This document shows positions 26,572 through 35,416 of a stretch of DNA of 64,000 bases, piece after piece. Source of the DNA: Burkholderiales bacterium (GTDB lineage Bacteria; Pseudomonadota; Gammaproteobacteria; Burkholderiales; JAHFRG01). The notes under the pieces were generated by a model, which did not search any database, was not told the DNA's origin, and was given only the letters and a program-made list of their open reading frames with translations. Location of the stretch: positions 16,392 to 80,391 of the forward strand of contig DASZZH010000028.1 of the NCBI GenBank assembly GCA_035543335.1. Reading direction: 5' to 3'. A program made the position numbers and the translations under genes. Position 1 is the first letter of the stretch, and every line of letters starts with the position of its first letter.

Positions 26572-28515
26572 ATGAACGAGAAGATCATTACCAACGAACC
26601 CGAGAGGCTTGATCTACGTTCGCATGAAATCGCGGACGACAGGAAGCAGGAGCTGTTGCGCCTGTTTCCCGAAATCCGCACCGAGGGCGGCAAGCTCGAC
26701 TTCGACCTGCTCGAGCGCGCGCTGGGCGAAACCGTGGACGTGGGCAAGGAACGCTACGGCATGAACTGGCCGGGAAAGGCCGATTGCTACAAGACCATCC
26801 AGATGCCCAGTCTCGGCACGCTGCGCCCGTGCCCGGAGGAAAGCGTCAACTTCGACACTACCGAAAACCTCATCATCGAGGGCGACAATCTGGAAGTGCT
26901 CAAACTCCTGCAGAAGTCATATTTGGGTAAGGTGAAGATGATCTACATCGACCCGCCCTATAACACCGGTAATGATTTTATTTACCCGGACAACTACTCT
27001 GAGTCCCTGCAAACCTACCTGGAATACACCGGGCAGACGGATACCGAAGGGCGGAAGTTCAGTACCAATACGGAAGCGGATGGCCGCTTCCACTCGAAGT
27101 GGCTGAACATGATGTACCCGCGCCTGTATCTAGCGAGGAATCTGTTACGGGAGGATGGCATCGTTTTCATTAGTATCGATGACTTTGAGTATGACAATCT
27201 CAAAAAACTATGCGATGAAGTGTTTGGTGAAGAGAATTTCCTTGAAAACATAATATGGAAAAAACGTTATGGCGGCGGTGCTAAAGAAAAGTTCCTCGTC
27301 TCGGTTCACGAATATATTCTTTGCTACGCTAGGAACCTCGACACAATTGCACCTTTATTCGTTCCACAGACGCAAGAATCTATAGAACGGTACTACACGC
27401 TGAAGGACAAGAACTATGCGCAGCTTGGCCCGTATCGCACCCACCCGCTCGAAGCAACTAAGAGCATGGGTGAAAGAAAGAATCTCGTTTTCCCAATTAC
27501 CGCGCCAGATGGCTCCGCAGTCATGCCGAAGAGACAGTGGTTGTGGTCACGAGAGCGAGTCGATGAAGCGTTAAAAAAAGATGGGCTGGCCTTCCTAAAG
27601 GATAAGGATGGTAACTGGTCGGTACATACAAAGCAATATCTAAAAGACGAGGATGGAAATGTTCGCCAGAGCAAGGCATTTTCGATTATCGATAATGTAT
27701 TCACTCAACACGGCACGAACGAAATATTGAATCTGTTTGGTGACGCCCAAATTTACTCATTTCCAAAACCATCAAAGCTGTTGATACCGCTGCTGAATCT
27801 TGCAACTTCTGAATTAGATTCTATTGTTTTGGATTTTTTTGCCGGCTCTGGTAGCATTGCCCACGCTGTCCTCGACCTGAACAAGCAGGACGGCGGCAAC
27901 CGCAAGTTCATCCTCGTCCAGCTACCCGAGCCACTTGACCCTAATGATAATGCTCAAAAAGCAGCCTATGATTTCTGTAAGGTCAATAATTTTGCAACCA
28001 ACATTGCCGAAATCACCAAGGAGCGCGTCCGTCGTGTTATCAATAAGCTCAGCGACGAAGGTGTGGGCAAGCTCGATCTGGAAGGCGCCACAAAGCAGGA
28101 CCGCGGCTTTCGCGTCTTCAAGCTAAGCGAGTCTAACTTCAAACCATGGAATGCCGAAGTGGCACACGAGGCGAAAGTGCTAGAGCAACAGCTTGAGATG
28201 CACGTCGATCACTTCCGTGAGGGCCGTACGGCCGAGGATCTACTCTACGAGATCCTGCTCAAAAGTGGCTTTGCGCTTACCACGCCGGTCGAAACGCTCA
28301 CGCTTGCGGGCAAGGCCGTGCATAGCGTCGCGAGCGGTGCGCTTTTCATTTGCCTAGAGCGCGAACTGACGCTCGAACTCGTTCGCGCGATGGCTGACAA
28401 GAAACCCGAGCGCGTGGTCTGCCTCGACGAAGGTTTCGCCGGCAACGATCAGCTCAAGGCCAACGCCGTCCAGCTCTTCAAGACTAAGGGCGTCACCAGT
28501 TTCAAGACGGTGTGA
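26572..28515 (+). CDS. mod: Type III restriction-modification DNA methyltransferase (Mod), N6-adenine, beta-class motif order
   Basis: 647 aa; motif IV IYIDPPYNTGNDF (about 26950) precedes motif I DFFAGSGS (about 27835), with a long variable region between. Confidence 0.92.
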   Translation: MNEKIITNEPERLDLRSHEIADDRKQELLRLFPEIRTEGGKLDFDLLERALGETVDVGKERYGMNWPGKADCYKTIQMPSLGTLRPCPEESVNFDTTENLIIEGDNLEVLKLLQKSYLGKVKMIYIDPPYNTGNDFIYPDNYSESLQTYLEYTGQTDTEGRKFSTNTEADGRFHSKWLNMMYPRLYLARNLLREDGIVFISIDDFEYDNLKKLCDEVFGEENFLENIIWKKRYGGGAKEKFLVSVHEYILCYARNLDTIAPLFVPQTQESIERYYTLKDKNYAQLGPYRTHPLEATKSMGERKNLVFPITAPDGSAVMPKRQWLWSRERVDEALKKDGLAFLKDKDGNWSVHTKQYLKDEDGNVRQSKAFSIIDNVFTQHGTNEILNLFGDAQIYSFPKPSKLLIPLLNLATSELDSIVLDFFAGSGSIAHAVLDLNKQDGGNRKFILVQLPEPLDPNDNAQKAAYDFCKVNNFATNIAEITKERVRRVINKLSDEGVGKLDLEGATKQDRGFRVFKLSESNFKPWNAEVAHEAKVLEQQLEMHVDHFREGRTAEDLLYEILLKSGFALTTPVETLTLAGKAVHSVASGALFICLERELTLELVRAMADKKPERVVCLDEGFAGNDQLKANAVQLFKTKGVTSFKTV

Positions 28516-28525
28516 ACCGTATGCG

Positions 28526-31504
28526 ATGAAGCTCCAATTCGACGCCAATCAACAGTTCCAGCTCGATGCCGTCGCGGCCGTCACGGATCTCTACGACGGT
28601 CAGCCGCAGGGCGCGCCGGAGTACGCCGTGATCGACATGGGCACTGGAATGGGCCTGTTTACCGGCCAGCAGCAGACCGAGCTGGGCGCAGGCAATCAGT
28701 TGCTGGTGGCGGAGGACAAGCTGTTGGCGAACACTCGCGCTCTTCAGACCCGCAATGACATTGAGGTTTCCGACCCAAAGGCGGCGCTTGAAACGTGGGA
28801 GCTGTTCGACGGCCCTGCTAACCAGACGCGCCACTGCCCGCACTTCTCGGTGGAGATGGAGACCGGTACCGGCAAGACCTACGTTTATCTGCGCACTATC
28901 TTTGAGCTCTCGCGGCGTTACGGTTTCCAGAAGTTCATTATCGTGGTGCCGACCGTGGCGATCCGAGAAGGTGTGCTGAAGAACATCGAAATCACCGCCG
29001 ATCATTTCCGCGCGCTTTACAACAACCTTCCCTTCGAGCACTTCGTCTACGACGCACGGAAGGTCAACCGGCTGCGGCAGTTTGCGACCAGCAACACGCT
29101 GCAGATCCTGGTTATCAACATCGACGCTTTCCGCAAGAATTTCACTGGCACTGAGGAAGAACAGAAGAGCAACGTGATCTATAAGGAAAGCGACAAGCTC
29201 TCAGGCCGGCAGCCGATTGAGTTCGTGCAGGCGGCGCGTGCTGTCGTAATCATCGACGAGCCGCAGAGCGTGGACAGTACCGACAAGGCGCAGGAGGCGA
29301 TCAAGGCGCTTAACCCGCTGTGCACGCTGCGCTACTCCGCCACGCACCGCAACCCGTACAACCTGGTGTACCGGCTCGATCCGGTGCGCGCTTTCGAGCT
29401 GAAGCTAGTCAAGCAAATCGTAGTGGCGAGCGCGGCGGCGGACGGAGCGGCAAACGATGCTTTCGTGCGCGTGGAAAAAATTGACTATAAAAATGGCATC
29501 AAGGCCAAGCTGCGCATTCATGTGCAGGGAACAAGTGGGCCGAAGGAGAAATCCGTTATGGTGAAAAATGGCGCGGACCTCCTTACCCTTTCGAATGAGC
29601 GGGCCTGCTACGCGCAGGGGTTTTCCGTGGCCGAGATCAACGCCGAGCCGGGCAGCGAGTTCGTGCGCTTCAGCAATGGCCGGACGTTGCGCCTCGGCGA
29701 GGAAACGGGCGGCATGCGTGAGGACGTGTGGCGCACCCAGATCAAGCACACGGTGAAGCGGCACATGGAGAAAGAGCTGCAGCTGAAAGCCCGCGGCATC
29801 AAGGTGCTCAGTCTCTTTTTCGTCGACCGGGTGGCCAACTACCGCGACTACGACGCGGCAGGCCAGCCGGTGAAGGGCAAGTTCGCCAAGGTGTTCGAAG
29901 CAGAACTTGCAGCGCTGGCAAAGGACGAACGCTTCCGCGAACTGGAGTGGCTCAAGCAACCAATGGACAAGCTCCATAACGGCTACTTTGCCCAGGACAA
30001 GAAGGGCGTGCTCAAGGACACGCGCGGCGACACACAGGCCGACGACGAGGTCTACAACCTTATTATGAAAGAGAAGGAGCGCCTGCTTTCTCTGGATGAA
30101 CCGCTGCGCTTCATCTTCAGCCACTCGGCGCTGCGCGAAGGCTGGGACAACCCGAATGTGTTTCAAATCTGCACGCTCAATGAAACCCGAAGCGCGGTGA
30201 AGAAGCGGCAGGAAATCGGTCGCGGCATGCGTCTGCCGGTGGACCAGAACGGCCTGCGCGTCTTTGACGAGTCGGTGAACAAGCTCTATGTCATGGCCAA
30301 CGAGAGCTACGAGGATTTCGCCCGCGCCTTGCAGACTGAGTACGAAGAAGAATGCGGCGTAACCTTCGGCAAAGTGCCGCTCACTGCGCTTGCCAAAATC
30401 ATTCGGGTGGTGGACGGCGAAGAACGCCCGATTGGGCATGAGGCGGCGGTCACGATACGAGACGCGTTAGTGAATCAGAAGATGCTCGACATAGAGGGGC
30501 GCATCCAGCCGGTGTTCGACCCGAAGCGCAAGGACTTCGAACTGGAACTGCCGGAGGCACATCGTGAGTTGGCGCCGGCAGTCATTGATCTGCTCGCGAC
30601 GTATCAGATCGAACGGCACATTCGCCGGGAGCGGGATGACGGGCCCAACCTGCTCAAGAAGGAGGTCACGCTCAGCCCGGAATTCCAGGCACTTTGGGAT
30701 CACATCAAGCCGAAGACGACCTTTCGGGTGGAGTTCGAAACCGAGAAGCTGGTCACACGGGCAGTCGATGAGCTAAAGCGCATGGAGAAAATCGAGATCC
30801 CCAAGATTCATGTCATCACGGGAAAAGTAGAGGTTACGAAGGGTGGCGTTACAACGAGGGCCACGGGTGCGGCCCAGGAACTAGCTAGTTACAGCTCGCG
30901 CCCCATACCTGACGTACTTGCCTACCTGCAGAACGAAACCGAGCTGACGCGATCAACACTGGTCCGCATCCTCAAGGAATCGGGACGGCTCGTTGAGTTT
31001 TTCAACAATCCGCAGCGATTCATGGATGCCATGGTAGCGATTCTCAAGCATGAGTTGCACCGCCTGCTGGTGGATGGTATCAAGTACGAGCGGATCGATG
31101 GCACGGGCTCGGAAGCGGAGTGGGAGATGCTGCTCTTCAAGAACGAGGAGCTGATTAACTATCTGACGGCGCTGCAGGTGAACAAGTCGGTCTACGAGTA
31201 TGTGGTCTACGACTCGGAGGTGGAGCGCGAGTTCGCCAAGCGTCTCGACCAGCGCGAGGACATCAGGCTCTTCGTGAAGTTACCCGGCTGGTTCGAGATC
31301 GACACTCCTGTGGGCAAGTACAATCCTGACTGGGCCATTGTGAAGCACGACAACCAAACGCTTTACCTTGTGCGCGAAACCAAAGGCACTAAAGATTTCA
31401 TGAACCTCCGCACCAGCGAGGCGGACAAGGTGCGATGCGGGCAGAAGCACTTCGAGACATTAGGTGTTCCGTTTGCTGTGGCAGTCACGGCAGACGAGGT
31501 ATGA
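28526..31504 (+). CDS. res: Type III restriction enzyme Res subunit (helicase-nuclease)
   Basis: 992 aa; Walker A METGTGKTY, DEAH-variant VVIIDEPQS, SALREGWDNPNVF, C-terminal PD...ExK nuclease (YNPDWAIV...LYLVRETKG). Confidence 0.92.
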   Translation: MKLQFDANQQFQLDAVAAVTDLYDGQPQGAPEYAVIDMGTGMGLFTGQQQTELGAGNQLLVAEDKLLANTRALQTRNDIEVSDPKAALETWELFDGPANQTRHCPHFSVEMETGTGKTYVYLRTIFELSRRYGFQKFIIVVPTVAIREGVLKNIEITADHFRALYNNLPFEHFVYDARKVNRLRQFATSNTLQILVINIDAFRKNFTGTEEEQKSNVIYKESDKLSGRQPIEFVQAARAVVIIDEPQSVDSTDKAQEAIKALNPLCTLRYSATHRNPYNLVYRLDPVRAFELKLVKQIVVASAAADGAANDAFVRVEKIDYKNGIKAKLRIHVQGTSGPKEKSVMVKNGADLLTLSNERACYAQGFSVAEINAEPGSEFVRFSNGRTLRLGEETGGMREDVWRTQIKHTVKRHMEKELQLKARGIKVLSLFFVDRVANYRDYDAAGQPVKGKFAKVFEAELAALAKDERFRELEWLKQPMDKLHNGYFAQDKKGVLKDTRGDTQADDEVYNLIMKEKERLLSLDEPLRFIFSHSALREGWDNPNVFQICTLNETRSAVKKRQEIGRGMRLPVDQNGLRVFDESVNKLYVMANESYEDFARALQTEYEEECGVTFGKVPLTALAKIIRVVDGEERPIGHEAAVTIRDALVNQKMLDIEGRIQPVFDPKRKDFELELPEAHRELAPAVIDLLATYQIERHIRRERDDGPNLLKKEVTLSPEFQALWDHIKPKTTFRVEFETEKLVTRAVDELKRMEKIEIPKIHVITGKVEVTKGGVTTRATGAAQELASYSSRPIPDVLAYLQNETELTRSTLVRILKESGRLVEFFNNPQRFMDAMVAILKHELHRLLVDGIKYERIDGTGSEAEWEMLLFKNEELINYLTALQVNKSVYEYVVYDSEVEREFAKRLDQREDIRLFVKLPGWFEIDTPVGKYNPDWAIVKHDNQTLYLVRETKGTKDFMNLRTSEADKVRCGQKHFETLGVPFAVAVTADEV

Positions 31505-31631
31505 GAGATAAGAATGGGTGCGATCATGGGGGAGTAAAAATAGGCTCAGATTCGATTTCTGAGTTACGGCCTGTGATCCTTGCACTCCGGAGTGCCGCTT
31601 GGTGCGCGAGGCAAATGTTCCTCACACCGGT

Positions 31632-31735
31632 GTGAGAATATGACAGACATTGAAATCATCACCTCGCAGCAAAAACCTACCGAGGGGATGGTGACGCTGA
31701 CCCATGTCATCTACGCGCTGCACGCTTTCAGCGCG
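31632..31735 (+). repeat. R2.1: truncated copy of the 5' end of the membrane-protein gene at 39527
   Basis: gtgagaatATGacagacattgaaatcatcacctcgcagcaaaaacctaccgaggggatggtgacgctgacccatgtcatctacgcgctgcacgctttcagcgcg encodes MTDIEIITSQQKPTEGMVTLTHVIYALHAFSA, cf. resident MGIDIPQSKPTEGMVTLTHVIYGLHAFSA. Confidence 0.85.
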
Positions 31736-31812
31736 ACGCGGGTCAGTAGCTTCGATTAACCAACGATGGTGTAAATGAGCGCTCAGAACATTATGAAGTG
31801 GTTCATTGACCC

Positions 31813-31927
31813 GCTGGCATCCGCTCCGCGGTCGCGTCCCCACTGTGCGGGGCCCCTGCTCCGCGCTTCGCGTCGCAACCATTCGTTATGGCGACTATTC
31901 TTCGACTTCGCTCAGGACAGGCTCTGA
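31813..31927 (+). repeat. R3.1: conserved GC-rich leader element upstream of fic
   Basis: gctggcatccgctccgcggtcgcgtccccactgtgcggggcccctgctccgcgcttcgcgtcgcaaccattcgttatggcgacta...gctcaggacaggctctga; copies at 35267 and 36424. Confidence 0.75.
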
Positions 31928-31938
31928 GCAGTTGACGC

Positions 31939-32577
31939 ATGACTAATCGTTACCAAGCCCGTGGGATTGAGGCGGAATTCGAGCCTGGCTCACGTGGACG
32001 CGTTCTGCAGAATCTGCTTGGTGTTAAGTCGACCCGAGAGATGGCGCGGCGCGAATCAGAAGCGCTCCTTGTCACGACCCGGCAATTGATTGACGATACA
32101 CGCTCGGACCAGAGATTCACCTCGGAGGACGTCCGGCGGATACATAGGTTATGGTTTGGGGAAATTTATGCGTGGGCTGGGCAATATCGGCACGTCAACA
32201 TTGCCAAGGGCGATTTCATGTTCGCCGCAGCCAGCGAAGTATCTCGGTTGATGCGGGAGTTCGAGCGCGGACCGTTGCATGAATTTACGCCCTGCCGATT
32301 CGCGCCCCATGAGGAACAAGCGCGTGCTTTGGCAGTGGTGCACGCTGAGCTAATCCTGATCCATCCTTTCCGCGAAGGAAACGGTCGTTGCGCGCGCCTG
32401 CTCTCCGTGCTGATGGGGTTGCAGGCAGGATTGCCGGCCCTGGACTTTGTTGGAGTTCGTGGGGATGAAAAGCAACGTTACATTGCCGCCGTCCACGCCG
32501 CTATGGACCGCGACTATGAACCTGATGACCATAGTATTTCGAAAGATTATTGCCCGCACATTGCGGTCACAGGCTAG
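31939..32577 (+). CDS. fic: Fic-domain protein (AMPylase-type toxin), C-terminal frameshift likely
   Basis: 212 aa; Fic motif HPFREGNGRCARLL. After DYEP (about 32520) the paralog-like C-terminus LMTIVFRKIIARTLRSQARAWRG* continues in another frame to 32593. Confidence 0.85.
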   Translation: MTNRYQARGIEAEFEPGSRGRVLQNLLGVKSTREMARRESEALLVTTRQLIDDTRSDQRFTSEDVRRIHRLWFGEIYAWAGQYRHVNIAKGDFMFAAASEVSRLMREFERGPLHEFTPCRFAPHEEQARALAVVHAELILIHPFREGNGRCARLLSVLMGLQAGLPALDFVGVRGDEKQRYIAAVHAAMDRDYEPDDHSISKDYCPHIAVTG

Positions 32578-32792
32578 GGCTTGGCGCGGTTAGAGCGGGC
32601 TTTGCTGACGGGTACTTTACGGCTGCTTGAAACTAATTCATGTTTTCCGACATCGAGCGCCATTTGTTTAAAAGGTGCATGGATGCCTTCAATCGCCGAC
32701 GAGCTGGCAACGGAATTGAACAGCATCCGCTCGCGAATGACGGCGTCTAGCAGATAGGGATTACTAGCGGAAAGTTTTGCACCCATATACAA
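32574..32792 (-). CDS. VbhA-like Fic antitoxin candidate (convergent with fic)
   Basis: 72 aa; ...NSVASSSAIEGIHAPF contains the Fic-inhibitory (S/T)xxxE(G/N) motif. Its 3' end overlaps the fic 3' end. Confidence 0.55.
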   Translation of the reverse strand: MYMGAKLSASNPYLLDAVIRERMLFNSVASSSAIEGIHAPFKQMALDVGKHELVSSSRKVPVSKARSNRAKP

Positions 32793-32823
32793 ATTATAAC
32801 AGTTATAGACTCAAATTATAAGT

Positions 32824-32852
32824 TATGAACAGCGCAACTATCGTCCAAAAAC
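32824..32852 (+). pseudogene. First ~10 codons of a type I R-M hsdM-like gene
   Basis: atgaacagcgcaactatcgtccaaaaactt = MNSATIVQKL, matching the longer fragment at 36292 and the HsdM N-terminal pattern. Confidence 0.45.
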
Positions 32853-32904
32853 TTTCACGGAGACAGTATCGGAGACAGAGGAGACAGGATCAGGGCTTGA
32901 ATTA

Positions 32905-33003
32905 TCAGTTTTCAATTGTGACATTCTTCCTTTGGGCGTGAGAATATGACAGACATTGAAATCATCACGTCGCAGTCAAAACCTACTGAGGAGATGGTGA
33001 CGG
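32905..33003 (+). repeat. R2.2: truncated copy (upstream region plus first ~20 codons)
   Basis: ...tcagttttcaattgtgacattcttcctttgggcgtgagaatATGacagacattgaaatcatcacgtcgcagtcaaaacctactgaggagatggtgacgg; homology ends earlier than in the other copies. Confidence 0.8.
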
Positions 33004-33021
33004 TTGGCTAGCCAAAACTGT

Positions 33022-33441
33022 TCAGAGCTTACCCACCGCTTCGTAAAAAGCCAGAATTCTGGGCGCAGTAAAGCGGGATTCAGTCAAACCGTGGCAGACG
33101 CGGGCAAATATTTCTTCACCTAACATTCCCTTGGGCGAAAGTACGCCGTGCTTCACACCGTCAACGAGCTTCTGCGACGCTTCAATGCGCGCCTCCGCGT
33201 AGTACACGTAGCTCTTGTGCCGGATGAATGGATGGTCGCCTGCGTACAATTCGCATGCCGGATCGTGTGGGATACCCTCTTGGATGGTGCTTACACCGAC
33301 GAACAGTGAATGCTTCGCGTCGTAGTTAAGGACCTGAGCCGGATCGGTCAGGAGAATGAAAAGGTGTTTTTGGTCGGGATCATGTGCCGGTCCTGACGGG
33401 ACGAGCAATGTCGCCCGCCGATAGGGCACAAACAACTTCAC
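33022..33441 (-). CDS. Hypothetical 139-aa protein, candidate toxin partner of the Panacea-domain antitoxin
   Basis: ATGA overlap with the upstream DUF4065 gene. I recognise no family. Loose resemblance to SH3-barrel (MazF/CcdB-like) toxins is speculative. Confidence 0.4.
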   Translation of the reverse strand: MKLFVPYRRATLLVPSGPAHDPDQKHLFILLTDPAQVLNYDAKHSLFVGVSTIQEGIPHDPACELYAGDHPFIRHKSYVYYAEARIEASQKLVDGVKHGVLSPKGMLGEEIFARVCHGLTESRFTAPRILAFYEAVGKL

Positions 33442-33992
33442 AAGCTCGCGAAGAGCTTATCGATGTGGCGCTGCTGTTCGACCCGTGCTCCCAGCTTTCG
33501 AGCTTCGGCGGGGCTGCGGCCAAGCGCCTTGAATATTTCCTCGTAACTGATGGGAATGGACGACCCGTTCGGGTCTTGCCATTCACGGCAGTAACGGTGG
33601 ATATACTTCACCAAATCCCATTGGTTCACCTTACCGAATTTGGCGAAGACATCGCGAAGAACATCGATGTCAGCATTGCTCAGTTCATCGAGTACTTCTC
33701 GTGTGGCCCTTCGCCTGAGCGATACGGCGTAATCGGCTTTGTCGGCGATCCAGTGATCCCAGCCACGCTCTTGAAACTTCACCGCACCATTGATGAGATT
33801 GAGTGTATTGGATAGCACGGGTCCGTGATCCATGGAAACATAGCGGTCGCCTGAAATCGGGTGTCCGTGACGCTTCATAGATTCTCGATCCGCGAGATAC
33901 AGAAGCTTCATCAGCTTCAGGTATTTCATGCGGGTCCTAGCGTGATTGAGAAGGTACGCCGCCATTTGGGCGACTCGCCGCTCGTTAAACAT
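33438..33992 (-). CDS. Panacea-domain (DUF4065, SocA/PanA-like) antitoxin
   Basis: 184 aa; AAYLLNHARTRMKYLKLMKLLYLADRESMKRHGHPISGDRYVSMDHGPVLSNT matches the DUF4065 pattern. Confidence 0.75.
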   Translation of the reverse strand: MFNERRVAQMAAYLLNHARTRMKYLKLMKLLYLADRESMKRHGHPISGDRYVSMDHGPVLSNTLNLINGAVKFQERGWDHWIADKADYAVSLRRRATREVLDELSNADIDVLRDVFAKFGKVNQWDLVKYIHRYCREWQDPNGSSIPISYEEIFKALGRSPAEARKLGARVEQQRHIDKLFASL

Positions 33993-34089
33993 GGTTCCCC
34001 CGTGCTTCAGGTCCAGAGTTCGGTTGACGAGAATTGCCTGTAGTAACCATGGACGGTTAGATTATAGCCAAGTTCCCTGGATTTAGGTA

Positions 34090-34272
34090 AATAATGGCAG
34101 GCAAAAATGCGGTCGGAGTCATTTTGTTGAATAACAATCTCGCTGTAGGCGTGAGGATATGGCAGACATTGAAATCATCGCATCGCAGTCAAAACCCACC
34201 GAGGGGATGGTGACGCTCACCGATGTCATCTACGCGCCGCACGCTTTCAGCGCGCTGATGGGGGTGCTCGGG
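34090..34272 (+). repeat. R2.3: copy including ~60 bp upstream region and first ~38 codons
   Basis: aaataatggcaggcaaaaatgcggtcggagtcattttg...gtgaggatATGgcagacattgaaatcatcgcatcgcagtcaaaacccaccgaggggatggtgacgctcaccgatgtcatctacgcgccgcacgctttcagcgcgctgatgggggtgctcgggc. The ORF it opens (34159-34377) ends in ATGA on the vapB start. Confidence 0.85.
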
Positions 34273-34373
34273 CTGATCTTCAGCAGGTCGTTGGGCGGCT
34301 TCACGGTCTTCGGCGTTTCCCGAAGCCCTTGGTCAGATTTGCAGAATTTCTGCATTTCTGATAAACTGCAATC

Positions 34374-34616
34374 ATGAAAACCACTCTTACCATGACCAGC
34401 CGCGGCGTGGTGACACTACCCGCCAAGCTCCGTCTCGCGCTCGGCCTCAAGCCCGAAGATCATCTCATCGCTGAGACAACGCCGGAGGGTCTGCTGCTAC
34501 GTCCGGCAGTTACCCTTCCAGTGGAGGTCTACACCGACAAGCGAATCCGCGAGTTCGACGAGGCCGAAGCGGATCTCGGCAAGTTCCTTCGCCGCAAGAA
34601 GAAGCCCGCCCGCTGA
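34374..34616 (+). CDS. vapB: AbrB/MazE(SpoVT)-type antitoxin VapB
   Basis: 80 aa; MTSRGVVTLPAKLRLALGLKPEDHLIAETTPEGLLLRP. Confidence 0.8.
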   Translation: MKTTLTMTSRGVVTLPAKLRLALGLKPEDHLIAETTPEGLLLRPAVTLPVEVYTDKRIREFDEAEADLGKFLRRKKKPAR

Positions 34617-34624
34617 CGCCGCGG

Positions 34625-35044
34625 ATGCGGATTTTCCTCGACGCGAACATCCTGTTTTCCGCCGCCAAGTCCGACGGCGCCGTGAGGCGGCTCGTGGACT
34701 TGCTCATCGCGGCCGGTCATGAATGCTGGGTGGACGGCTACGTGACGGAGGAAGCGCGGCGCAACATCGCCGTGAAGTTCCCAGACGGCATGGCTGCCCT
34801 CGACTTGCTCTTGTCGCGCGTACATGTAGCGGCCATCCACGCTCCCGATGCGGCGCTCGAAGGCACGCTGCCGCTGCCGGAAAAGGACCGGCCGGTGCTC
34901 GCCGCGGCGATCCACCATAGTTGCCAAGCATTGGTCACGGGCGATCGCACGCATTTCGGCCGCCTCTATGGCAAGACCATTCATGGTGTGACGATTCACT
35001 CCCCGCTCTCGCTCGCGGAAGCGCTGCTCAATGTAAGGCGGTAA
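34625..35044 (+). CDS. vapC: PIN-domain toxin VapC
   Basis: 139 aa; MRIFLDANILFSAA...EKDRPVLAAAIHHSCQALVTGDRTHF. Confidence 0.8.
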   Translation: MRIFLDANILFSAAKSDGAVRRLVDLLIAAGHECWVDGYVTEEARRNIAVKFPDGMAALDLLLSRVHVAAIHAPDAALEGTLPLPEKDRPVLAAAIHHSCQALVTGDRTHFGRLYGKTIHGVTIHSPLSLAEALLNVRR

Positions 35045-35189
35045 AAAAGCAAATAATGCGGGCGGAGTCGTTTTCACGAGCAATGTGGATGTGAGAATAT
35101 GACAGACAATCATCACATCGCAGTCAAAACCCACAGAGGGCATGGTGACGCTCACCCATGTTATCTACGCGCTGCATGCTTTCAGCGCG
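35044..35189 (+). repeat. R2.4: copy with upstream region; carries an internal 8-nt deletion in the leader ORF
   Basis: aaaaagcaaataatgcgggcggagtcgttttcacgag...gtgagaatATGacagacaatcatcacatcgcagtcaaaacccacagagggcatggtgacgctcacccatgttatctacgcgctgcatgctttcagcgcg. Confidence 0.85.
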
Positions 35190-35266
35190 ACGCGGGTCAG
35201 TAGCCTTGATTAACCGACGATGGTGTCAATGAGCGCTCAGAACATTATGAATTGGTTCATTGACTC

Positions 35267-35405
35267 GCTGGCATCCGCTCCGCGGTCGCATCCCCACTGT
35301 GCGGGGCCCCTGCTCCGCGCTTCGCGTCGCAACCATTCGCTATGGCGACTATCCTTCAGCTGCGCTCAGGACAGGCCCTTCGGTTGCGCTCAGGACAGGC
35401 TCTGA
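35267..35405 (+). repeat. R3.2: conserved leader element upstream of the second fic
   Basis: Near-identical to R3.1 apart from a 24-nt internal duplication (gcgctcaggacaggcccttcggtt). Confidence 0.75.
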
Positions 35406-35416
35406 ACAGTTGACGC

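Noticed and set aside
31776-31927. Conserved ~51-61-codon small ORF (MSAQNIMKWFIDPLASAPRS...) upstream of both fic genes as a possible third TA component
   Set aside because: The differences between the two copies are mostly non-synonymous. The second copy contains a 24-nt duplication. The C-terminal part is the translation of a GC-rich REP-like element (…LRASRRNHSLWRL…AQDRL). Conservation is therefore more likely at the nucleotide level.
34159-34377. 72-aa ORF as an independent membrane-protein gene
   Set aside because: Its first ~38 codons are the R2.3 copy of the resident gene's 5' end, and the remainder is unrelated read-through ending on the vapB start. It is treated as a repeat-derived leader ORF, not a gene.
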